Positions 55,578 through 64,000 of a stretch of 64,000 nucleotides of DNA are shown piece by piece (the stretch's first letter is position 1; each line of letters opens with the position of its first letter). The translations under genes were made by a program, and so were the position numbers. A model generated the notes under the pieces. It was not told the DNA's origin. It made no database searches and saw nothing but the letters and a program-made list of their open reading frames with translations. Source of the stretch: an uncultured Gemmatimonadales bacterium. Its GTDB lineage: Bacteria > Gemmatimonadota > Gemmatimonadetes > Gemmatimonadales > GWC2-71-9. The stretch is taken from assembly GCA_963728705.1 (NCBI GenBank), contig CAVSLY010000017.1, positions 58,702-122,701 of the forward strand. The letters are read 5' to 3'.

Positions 55578-56537
55578 GGCGGGGCATCGCGGTCACGCCG
55601 ATGGAGATCCGCCGCGACGTCATCGTGCGCGCGGCCGTGCTCGCCGACGAGCTCGGGTACGAGGTCTTCTCCGTCGCCGAGGGCTGGGGCCTGGACTCGA
55701 CCATCCTGCTGGCCGAGCTCGCCGCCGCGACCCGGCGGATCACGCTCGCGGCCGGCGTCCTATCGGTCTGGGGCCGCTCCCCCGCAACGATCGCGATGAC
55801 CGCCGCAACCCTGCACCGGCTCTCCGGCGGCCGGTTCGTGCTCGGGCTGGGCGCGAGCACCCGACAGATCGCGGAGGGCTGGCACGACATCGGGTACGAC
55901 CGGCCGGCGGCCCGCCTGCGAACCGTCACCAGTCGGGTCCGCGCACTCCTGGACGGTAAACGGGCAGCGCTGTCGGCCGTACCGGCGGCAAGGGCGCTGC
56001 GCCTAGGCCAGCCGCCCGTCCCGGAGCTGCCGATCTGGCTCGCCGCGACCGGCGAGCGGACCATTCGGGTCGCCGCCGACCTGGCCGACGGCTGGTACCC
56101 GCTGTACCTGCGCCGCGACCGGGTCCGCGAGCTCGGCGCCGGCATTTCTGAGCGACGAGCGGCGACGCACCCGATCACCGTCGTGGCCGGGCCGTTCACG
56201 GTCGTCGACCCGGACGTCACGGCGGCCCGGGCGACCGCGGCGGCGTGCACCGCGGCGTACCTGGCGGCGATGGGCGACATCTATCCCCGCGTGGTCGCCG
56301 CCCAGGGCCTCGCCGCCGAGGTCGACCTCGTCCGGTCCACGAACACAATCCCGCGGCGAGGCGCAGATTCTGCTCGACGAGTTCACCGCGTACGGCACCG
56401 CGGCGACGGTCCAGGAGCAACTCGAGCGGTGGGACGCGGCGGTCGACGTCACCATGGTCGGGCTGCCGCCCGGCCTGCCGTGGCCCCGGATCGAGGCCAC
56501 GGTCCGCGCCGCCGCGCCCCGGGCGTCAGTTGGCTGA
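55574..56537 (+). CDS. LLM-class (luciferase-like) F420-dependent oxidoreductase, one frame disruption near 56345
   Basis: ATG 55574 in ORF 55316..56569. Sequence AVLADELGYEVFSVAEGWGLDS...GRFVLGLGAS...GWYPLY. The authentic tail SRGEAQILLDEFTAYGTAATVQEQLERWDAAVDVTMVGLPPG... ends at TGA 56535-56537 in another frame. Confidence 0.75.
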
Positions 56538-56573
56538 GCAGGACACGGACGGACACCCGGTGCCTGTGACTGA

Positions 56574-57173
56574 TCACCCACGGAGGGCCGGTCCGATCCA
56601 GCGCCGGACGAGGGCCCGCATCTGGTCGTCGGTGAGTGGCGGTGTCGAGGGGTATCGCAGGAACGAGATGAACAGTCGCATGAGGATCTCGGCGAGGCTG
56701 CGCAGGTCGGCGTCGGTGGTGACGCCGACCGCCGACCAGTTGACGGGCAGGTTGCCGAGGATCCGTGCGCCGAGGGCGAACGAGAGCGGTGAGGTGACTC
56801 CCGCTGTGAAGGAGTCGGTCTCGCCGGCCTGTAGGAGCAGGCCCATGTAGGGCTCCTGGGGGATTGTGCGGACGGCCCACACGACGGACTCCACGGCGGC
56901 TTCTTCCGGGGTCTCGAACGAGGCCAGGTGGTGTTCCATCCGTTCGGCGAACTCCTCGGCGCCGGCTTCTGCGACGGCGGTGAGGATGTCGGCCAGGCTC
57001 GGGAAGTAGCGGTAGACGGTCTGTCGGATCACGCCGGCCTCGGTCGCGATGTCGGAGAGGCTGGTCTTGGCGAGCCCGCGCCGGTCGATGCAGGCCGTCG
57101 CCGCCTCGACGATCCGGCGGCGTGCCGCGTTCTCGGTGCCGGGCGGGTTGCCCTGCCATCCGTGGTACCCCAT
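56574..57173 (-). CDS. TetR-family transcriptional regulator
   Basis: ORF of 199 aa. HTH region: RRRIVEAATACIDRRGLAKTSLSDIATEAGVIRQTVYRYFPS. Confidence 0.85.
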   Translation of the reverse strand: MGYHGWQGNPPGTENAARRRIVEAATACIDRRGLAKTSLSDIATEAGVIRQTVYRYFPSLADILTAVAEAGAEEFAERMEHHLASFETPEEAAVESVVWAVRTIPQEPYMGLLLQAGETDSFTAGVTSPLSFALGARILGNLPVNWSAVGVTTDADLRSLAEILMRLFISFLRYPSTPPLTDDQMRALVRRWIGPALRG

Positions 57174-57200
57174 GCGCCCATCTTCCCCGAACGGGTCAGG

Positions 57201-58191
57201 TCAGACGGTGACCGGGGCGGTGCGCCGGTGCAGCGCGATGAGCAGCAGGCCGGCACCGGCGAAGCAGGCGAGCGCGTAGGGCCCGCTGCCAATCGGCGTG
57301 CCGTCGCTGGTGACGCCGTTGTCCGCGGCGAAGTAGGCCGGGAGTGCGCTGAGCCAGATCACCGCCATCCCACCGAGGTAGACGGCTGGGTAGTACCGCG
57401 CGAAGGTCGACACGTCCGGGGCGCGGTCGGTGGACCGTAGGTAGGACACAACGGTCCAGGTGCCCACGAAGCCAGAGCAGGGCCAGCTCAACGCCGAGGA
57501 CCCAGGCCTGCGCGGTGCTGTTCCCCTTGAAGAAGCCCGAGGGGATGCCGGCGATCGTCATGGTCAGCGGCGTCAGCACCCCGGCCACCACGACGCTCGG
57601 CACAAGCGACCACCGGCTGGCCAGGCGCACGACGAGGTAGGTCATGGCCCCCATCGAGACCGAGGCGAACAACAACATGCTGTTCATCGGCACCGACGCC
57701 AGCGTGGGCTGGTTGACGATGTCGTTGTCCATGTTCCAGGCCCACCACTTCAGCTGCGGACCGATGTGGTCGAACACCTCGTAGAAGACCTGGCAGGTGA
57801 AGGCGACGGCCACCGATCCGATCAGCGCGCCGCGGCGGGCGAAGATCCCGAGCGACCGAACGAGCTCGTAGGCGAGCTGGCTGAACGCCGGGTAGAACGC
57901 CACGATGTACAGCGGCAACCGGTCCCACATGAACTGCACGGTGAACCGGTTGTGGGCGAAGATGAACCCGTAGAGCTGGTCGAGACCGAACCATTCCGGA
58001 AAGTACAGCGGCGGCTCGATCACGAGGAGGTAGACCAGCGAGGCGAACCACAGCGCCAGGTTGGTCGGATCGCCGGCGCGGTGCCGGCGGATGGCATGTA
58101 TCAGCGCGAAGACCGCGCCGCCGATGATGATCACTTCGAGCAGCGGCATGGTCCAGTTGGCGAGCTCCCACGGGAAGCGGACCGAGATCAC
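57201..58191 (-). CDS. Polytopic integral membrane protein, one frame disruption near 57480
   Basis: ORF 57196..58191 shows multiple hydrophobic helices (LEVIIIGGAVFALIHAI, LVYLLVIEPPLYF...). It continues in ORF 57201..57491 (YYPAVYLGGMAVIWLSALPAYF...ALACFAGAGLLLIAL). Confidence 0.6.
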
Positions 58192-58263
58192 GGCGGAGAC
58201 GTCGTGGCAGTCGAAGCCGAGCTCGCGGGTGACGGCCTCCGCACCGGGCCCGCACTCGGTCGC

Positions 58264-59739
58264 TCACCGCACCGCCGCCGTCGCGGTGGCCGATGAGTAG
58301 TCCGTGGCCGGCGGCTCGGCGTTGGGGTCGAACCCGAAGGGAACCCGGCGCCGCCCCAGCGCGGCACGGATGCCGTGGCGCACGAGTCGCGCGAGCACAC
58401 CCGGGTTGCCCAGCATGTCGCCGAGTGACTCGTCAAGGTTGAACACCTTGGCGAAGTGCAAGTCAATCACCGGGTCCTCACGGGCGGCACCGACGATGAA
58501 GCTGAACGCGGGATCGGACACGGCAGCGAGGACGCGACGGCGCCACTCGGCCGGCTTCTCGGTGCCCACCGCGCACGCATAGCCCTGGTCCCGCGCCATC
58601 GCCAGCCGCCACGGCACGCCGAGCAGCTTGCGTTGTGCCGTGAGGAACCGCGAGAAGAATGCTGCGTCGAGTCGTTCGGCGCGGGCTTCGGAGCGGGCAA
58701 GGTGCTCGCGCAGCAGCAACGCGGACAGCGACGCGGAACTGATGCCCTGGGCATAGAACGGGTTGAACGCACAGATCGAGTCACCGACGAACGCCAGCCC
58801 TGTGGGTGGCGTCGCCCACCGGTCGTAGCGCCGCCAGACGTTGCCGGTCGACCGCGTCAGATGGACCTCCGAGGTAGGGGTACACCGATCCATCGCGGCC
58901 GCGAACAGCGGCGCCCGCACCCGGCGAGCAGACTCGACGAACGTGTCGTCGGTACGCGGCATGGCGTGCCCCCACGACCCCATACATGCGATGACGCGGT
59001 TACCCTCGATCGGGAAGAAGTTCACCAGGAACTCGTGCTCGGCCGGGTGCTCGCCCTTGTCCCGGGTCGGCATGATCACGAGGTGCTGCCACCACCAACT
59101 CGGCGGTCGCTGTGCGGGTAGCTCGTACCAGCGCGAGGTGTACGTGACCTTGGCGTCAAGAGTCTGTGTTTCGAGCGTGGGCCAGCCCGCCGCCACCAGC
59201 CAACTGCCGACCGGGGAGCCACGCCCCATCGCGTCCACGACGAAGTCGGTGTCAAGGTGCTCGTCACCGGTGGACGTGGTGAGATCAACCCCGGTGACTG
59301 TGCTGTCCCGGGTACTCAGCCCGGTCACGCTGACACCCTCGCGGATGGTCACGTTGGCCAGCTCCCGGACTTTGTCGCGCAACACCCGCTCGATGAGGAT
59401 GCGTGAGCTGTAGATCATCGTCATCGCGCTGCGCTTACGCGCCGACCAGCCTTCCCCGTCAAGGTAGGCGGCATCCATCGACGGCATCAGGTGCAACCCA
59501 CCCCCCGCGACGAGGTCGTCCTCGAACCCGGGGAACAACTTCCCGATCGCACGCCGCCCCGAGTTCAACAGGAAATGCGGATGCTTGCTCTGCGGCACAC
59601 CACGCCGATGCTCGGCGTCCGCAGGAAGCTCATCACGCTCCAGCACCAACACCCGGCTGAAGTACGGGGCGAGCGCACCAGCCACACAGAGACCGGCAGC
59701 ACTCCCACCCAGAACGACGGCAGTCATGCCGAGCTTCAT
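58264..59739 (-). CDS. FAD-dependent oxidoreductase/monooxygenase
   Basis: ORF of 491 aa. N-terminal dinucleotide-binding fold MTAVVLGGSAAGLCVAGAL...VLVLER. Also DFVVDAMGRGS and FVGDSICAFNPFYAQG. Confidence 0.75.
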   Translation of the reverse strand: MKLGMTAVVLGGSAAGLCVAGALAPYFSRVLVLERDELPADAEHRRGVPQSKHPHFLLNSGRRAIGKLFPGFEDDLVAGGGLHLMPSMDAAYLDGEGWSARKRSAMTMIYSSRILIERVLRDKVRELANVTIREGVSVTGLSTRDSTVTGVDLTTSTGDEHLDTDFVVDAMGRGSPVGSWLVAAGWPTLETQTLDAKVTYTSRWYELPAQRPPSWWWQHLVIMPTRDKGEHPAEHEFLVNFFPIEGNRVIACMGSWGHAMPRTDDTFVESARRVRAPLFAAAMDRCTPTSEVHLTRSTGNVWRRYDRWATPPTGLAFVGDSICAFNPFYAQGISSASLSALLLREHLARSEARAERLDAAFFSRFLTAQRKLLGVPWRLAMARDQGYACAVGTEKPAEWRRRVLAAVSDPAFSFIVGAAREDPVIDLHFAKVFNLDESLGDMLGNPGVLARLVRHGIRAALGRRRVPFGFDPNAEPPATDYSSATATAAVR

Positions 59740-59756
59740 CGCTCACCCAACTCCCA

Positions 59757-59793
59757 TTCATTCATACAGATCAGCAGCAAATGTATGGATGAA
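59757..59793. promoter_or_regulatory. Palindromic operator candidate upstream of the FAD-monooxygenase/membrane/TetR operon
   Basis: TTCATTCATACA-N13-TGTATGGATGAA, with 11 of 12 arm positions complementary. Begins 18 nt upstream of ATG 59739 in an AT-richer gap. Confidence 0.45.
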
Positions 59794-59919
59794 GTGTCGC
59801 AGGTGTCAAGGATCGGTCCCGAGCAGCACACGGATGCCATGATCAGCATCGCTCCTGCACGGTCGGCGGGTTGGTGGTCGGCGCGGGAAGCTGACGAACG
59901 GGTGTGGCCTGCCTCGCTG

Positions 59920-60579
59920 TCAGTTCAGGAGGAACTCGCCGATCAGGCGGTGGGCGAGCGCCGCCGCGAGGATCGTCACGCCGATCCACAGCAGCGCCGA
60001 CGGATCGGTGGCGTCGGTGGCCCAGTGCGGGTCGCTGCGGCCCGTCGGGTCGAAGCGGACGTCGCGCTGCTCCTCCGGCCGGGCGCCGGCCCCGCGGGTG
60101 GTGATCGCGGTCAGGCGGGGGTCGGCGCAGCGCAGCTCGTGCTCGTAGGAGGTCTTCGTGCGGTTCTCCGAGTCCGTCCAGGTGCGCACGTGCACCGCGG
60201 TCACCTCGCAGCGGGTGACGACGCCGCGGTCGCGCAGGGCGACGCGTTCGATGGCGGTCGGGAAGACGAACAGGCCGATTCCCGTCGCGAAGAACATGAC
60301 GATCGCGACGATCAGCGGGCGGTACTCGAAGGCCGGGAAGGCGGCGAGCGCGGCCCCGCCCAGGCGCAGCGGGAGATAGAGGATCTCGAACCAGCGGCTG
60401 GCGAACACGTGCGGGCCGTAGTTCGACAGGACGGCCGGCACGCAGATCAGCACCGCGCCCAGCAGCAGCGGCGCGACGACCGTCAGCACCCGGCCGGGCA
60501 CCGTCTCCAAGCGGCTCACCGGCCGGACGCCTCGTGCGCGAGCCGGCCGCACGGCGGGATCGCGGCCTCGATCATCCAT
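59920..60579 (-). CDS. Hypothetical membrane protein
   Basis: ORF of 219 aa with helices VLTVVAPLLLGAVLICVPAVL, LGGAALAAFPAF, LIVAIVMFFATGIGLFVF and LLWIGVTILAAALA. The start codon is uncertain. Confidence 0.5.
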   Translation of the reverse strand: MDDRGRDPAVRPARARGVRPVSRLETVPGRVLTVVAPLLLGAVLICVPAVLSNYGPHVFASRWFEILYLPLRLGGAALAAFPAFEYRPLIVAIVMFFATGIGLFVFPTAIERVALRDRGVVTRCEVTAVHVRTWTDSENRTKTSYEHELRCADPRLTAITTRGAGARPEEQRDVRFDPTGRSDPHWATDATDPSALLWIGVTILAAALAHRLIGEFLLN

Positions 60580-60735
60580 CGAACGATATCAAGCAGCGCC
60601 GGACCGAGCGCGGCGGTCATCGACGGACCGACGCGGAACGCCTCGCCCCCGCTCGCCAGAGCGCCTTCAGCAGACTTCTCGGGCTGCGTCAGCTTGTCGC
60701 CCGCGATCGATCATTGACATCTGTCTCTGTTTGGC

Positions 60736-62865
60736 GTGAGTATGGGAGCGCTCCCACACCTCGCCCCCGTGGAGTCAGCCGTGCATACCTCGCCCGGTCG
60801 CCGCGTCCTCGCGAGCACCGCCCTGCTCATCCTGGTCGCCGCGACCTCCGCCACGCCTGCCGCGCAGGCCGCCCCGACGGCCGCCGTCGCCACCACCGTC
60901 GACGTCGACGTCCGCGCGGGCCTCGCCACCGTTCCCGAGACGGCCCTCGGCGTCAACCACGCCATCTGGGACGCCGAACTCGGCACCACGGCCGTCGTCC
61001 GACCTGCTGCGGCGGCCGGCGTGCGGATGCTGCGCTACCCCGGCGGCTCCTACTCCGACATCTACCACTGGCGGGACCACACCGCGCCCGGCGGCTACGT
61101 CGCGCCGGACACCGACTTCGACACCTTCATGGCGGCGGCGCAGCGGGCCGGCGCCGCAGCCGATGATCATCGCCAACTACGGGACCGGCACGCGCGCAGG
61201 AGGCCGCCGACTGGGTCCGGTACGCCAATGTCACCAAGGGCTACGGCGTCAAGTACTGGACGATCGGCAACGAGAACTACGGCAACGGCCACTACGGCGC
61301 GGCGTGGGAGGCCGACAACCACGCCGACAAGAGCCCGGCCGAGTACGCCGGCCGACGTCGTCGCCTACGCCCAGGCGATGAAGGCCGTCGACCCGACCAT
61401 CAAGGTCGGCGCCGTGCTGACCATGCCGGGCAACTGGCCGGACGGCATCGTCGGCGCCGGCGACTCGGGCACCTGGAACCAGGTCGTGCTCAGCCATCGC
61501 CGGCCCGCACATCGACTTCGTCGACGTCCACTGGTACCCGGGCGGGGGCACCGCCGCCGAGGTCGCTGGCCCGGACCGAGCACATCAACGACGCGGTGTA
61601 CCTGCTGCGGCAGCAGATCGCCCGGTACGCCGGCGCGCAACGCCGGCCGGATCGGCATCAGCATGACCGAGATCAACGTCGGCGTCGGCCTGAACACCCA
61701 GCCGGGCGCGCTGTTCCTGGCCGACGCCTACGCGGCCTGCTGGCAACAGGGCGTGTTCACCGTGCACTGGTGGAACGTCCACAATGGAATCGGCACCGTG
61801 TCGACGGTCGCCGGGCAGACCGACTACGGCGACTTCGGCCTGCTGTCCAGCGGCAACTGCCTGGCCGACGGCTCGGTCTGCGAGCCGCCGCTGAACACGC
61901 CGTTCGCGCCGTACCACGCCCTGACGCTGATGGCGCTCCTTCGCCCGGCCCGGCGACCAGTTGGTCGGCGCCGGCACCGGCAACCCGCTGGTCAGCGCCC
62001 ACGCGGCCCGCCGGCCGAACGGTGACCTGGCCGTGCTGCTGGTGAACAAGGACCCGGACAACGCGCACACGGTCGACCCTGCGACTACACCGGCTTCGAC
62101 GCCGCGCGGCGCCGTGCCCGACGGTCGCGTCGTTCACCAACGGCGCCACCGCGATCACCACCGACCACCGCGGGCACCGCCACCAGCCAGACGCTGCCGC
62201 CGTACTCGCTGACCGCTGGTCACCCTGCGCCCGAGCCGCGCGCGACCGCCCGGCCGCCGGCGCCCGGGCAGCCCGGCCGCCACCGCGGTCACCGACCGCA
62301 CCGCGACGATCTCGTGGCCCGCGGCCGTCGCCCGGCGAACGGCCGATCGCGAAGTACGAGGTCTACCGGCAGAACGGCGGCGCGCAGCGAGCAACTCGGC
62401 GAGACCACCGGCACCTCGTTCACGGTGCACAACCTCGACCCGGGCACGCCGCTACACGGTCAACGTCGTCGCCCGCGACACGGCCGGCGGCGTCTCCTGG
62501 TCGTCGCCGCCGCTGACCTTCATCACCGACGAGCCCGCGCAGCGCCGAGCTGCACGGTCGCGCTTCACCAACGCCACCGACTGGGGCAACGGCTACGTCG
62601 GCTCGCATCGACATCACGAACAACGCGGCGCCCGCCGATCGGCGGGCTGGACGCTGGCGTTCACCTGGCCGACCGGGTGGCAGCAGCTCGGACAGCGGCT
62701 GGAACGCCACCTGGAGCCAGACCGGCACGACGGTCCGGGTGACGTCCGACGACGACGCTCGCCGCCGGGGGCACCTGGAACGTGGGCTTCGTCGGCTGCT
62801 ACAGCGGCCCGAACGTGCCGCCGGGCGTGTTCACCCTCAACGGCACCGTCTGCACAACGGTGTGA
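60736..62865 (+). pseudogene. Secreted glycoside hydrolase (clan GH-A TIM barrel) - FN3 - CBM2 modular enzyme, at least eight frame disruptions
   Basis: Signal peptide LLILVAATSATPAAQA. Catalytic pieces are spread over three frames: RMLRYPGGSYSDIYHW, MIIANYGTG, VKYWTIGNENYGNG, IDFVDVHWYP, GISMTEINVG, VHWWNVHNG. FN3 piece: YEVYRQNGG...TSFTVHNLDPGT. CBM2 piece: TNATDWGNGYVG...WTLAFTWPTGWQQ...FTLNGTVCTTV-stop (62863-62865). Confidence 0.7.
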
Positions 62866-63057
62866 CCCGCGTGCGCGTCGTGAATTGGCGGCTCAGGTGC
62901 TCACACACCAGAGCAGCGCCCGCCGTGGCGGCGCCCGCAGCTGCCGTTGCCGTGCAGCACGACGCTGCACAGCAGTGGACGATGGTCGCCGTGTGATCGA
63001 GCGCACTCAGCGGCTAGATGTGCTCGCCGGCGCCCTCATGCGTCGGCTCTGAGCCGG

Positions 63058-64000
63058 CTACCGGCTTGGGAGCGATCGCGGTAGCCCGAACCATGGGAGG
63101 ACGCTGTTCTCGAAGCGGGTCATGGCGCAGATCCGGTCGCCGGCGAGGGTGAGCACGTAGAGGCCGACCCCGTGGCTGATGCCGTCGGGGGTGCGCAGGT
63201 AGGCGCCGAACGCCGGCTGGCCGTTGGCTCGCGTCGGGCACGAGGTCGAACCTGCGACCGGCGCGGAAGATGCTGGCGCAGAAGCGGGCCACGACGTCGC
63301 GGCCCTCGTACTCGAAGGGCATCGGTGGCATCGACATGAAGACGTCGTCGGTCAGCAGGGCCACCAGCGCGTCGAGGTCGGCGGACTCCCACGCGCGGAC
63401 GAACTTCGCCACGATCGCATCCTCGGCGGGTGAGCCGGAGGCGGGCGGCGGTTCGCGGTCGGCGACGTGGCCGTCGGTGCTGCAGGCTGGCGCGCGCCCG
63501 TTTGAGGGCGCTCTTGACCGACTCGACGCTCGAGTCGAGCATGTCGGCCACCTCGTCGGCGTGGAAGCCGAGGACGTCGCGCAGGATGAGCACGGCGAGC
63601 TGGCGAGGCGGCAGGACCTGCAGGGCGGTCACGAAGGCCAGGGAGATGGATTCGGTCTGCTCGTAGCGGGCCTCCGGGCCGAGCGGCGCGTCGATGGCAC
63701 CCTCGAGCAGGGCGTCGGGAAACGGCTCGAGCCAGACGACCTCGCCGAGCCGGGTCGGCTCGGGCGGTTCGACATTGGGCACGTCCCACTCCTTGGCCGG
63801 GCGCCGGCTGGCCGACCGGCGCGCGTTGAGGCACCGGTTGGTGGCGATCCGGTAGAGCCAGGTGCGCAGCGAGGCGCGTCCCTCGAACCCGCCGAAGCCC
63901 TGCCAGGCGGCCAGCAGCGTGTCCTGCAGGGCGTCCTCGGCGTCCTGGAACGATCCGAGCATCCGGTAGCAGTGCACCTGCAGCTCCCGGCGGTACGGCT
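63058..64000 (-). pseudogene. ECF sigma-70 factor with a SnoaL-like C-terminal domain (SigJ/TIGR02960-like), 5' end beyond the window, at least two frame disruptions
   Basis: ORF 63120..63977 gives HCYRMLGSFQDAEDALQDTLLAAWQG...LRTWLYRIATNRCLN...LPPRQLAVLILRDVLGFHADEVADMLDSSVESVKSALKRAR. ORF 63014..63412 gives FVRAWESADLDALVALLTDDVFMSMPP. The tail ...LTLAGDRICAMTRFENSVLPWFGLPRSLPSR ends at TAG 63058-63060 in a third frame. Confidence 0.7.

Overview
High-GC (about 70%), densely coding bacterial DNA that falls into two unrelated parts. Part A (1 to ~55.19 kb) looks like core chromosome of a diderm soil bacterium. By gene content and repeat families it resembles Gemmatimonadota/Acidobacteriota-type genomes, but that is inference only. 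It holds a 10-kb minus-strand envelope operon: a PorX-like receiver-PglZ regulator, msbA and seven glycosyltransferases. After it come a GT9 heptosyltransferase, a DnaB-C-terminal-only ATPase, yebC-ruvC-ruvA-ruvB, queA, tgt, yajC, def-fmt-thiE-thiS-thiG, rsmB, rpe and tsaD-lgt. Next are a cytochrome c/FTR1 iron permease coupled to rraA and a 7-gene translationally coupled operon (sigma-54 activator, Zn-ribbon, NlpC/P60, HAD, CYTH, membrane protein, acpS). The rest of part A is a DagK-like kinase, tamB/tamA, an incomplete peptide-type ABC importer, dacB, sixA, a TrxR-type FNR, a PduO-type adenosyltransferase, aroB, an RCC1-repeat lipoprotein and an RpoD-type sigma gene. Part B (~55.2-64 kb) has an actinobacterial flavour: LLM/F420 oxidoreductase, TetR, FAD monooxygenase, a GH-FN3-CBM2 enzyme and a SigJ-type ECF sigma. 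It begins inside a gene, so the window contains a contig join, a misassembly or a recombination scar. I saw no rRNA, tRNA, CRISPR array, transposase or integrase. Reading frames are broken unusually often. I count about 20 one-nucleotide disruptions in part A and at least 10 in part B, several of them in short G/C runs, so sequence quality is suspect. The most interesting unexplained signals are these. (1) An exact sigma-54 -24/-12 promoter followed by a structured ~150-nt non-coding stretch and a strong hairpin, in an AT-rich convergent gap (28.64-28.99 kb). (2) Three families of intergenic repeats: TTCACCAC/GGCACGAAG inverted pairs, GTCATCCCGAG...GAGGGACCT inverted pairs and GACGG tandem tracts. 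(3) The tightly coupled sigma-54 activator/Zn-ribbon/P60/HAD/CYTH/acpS operon. All calls rest on my own reading of the translations and motifs; no database search was run. Frameshift positions are approximate.
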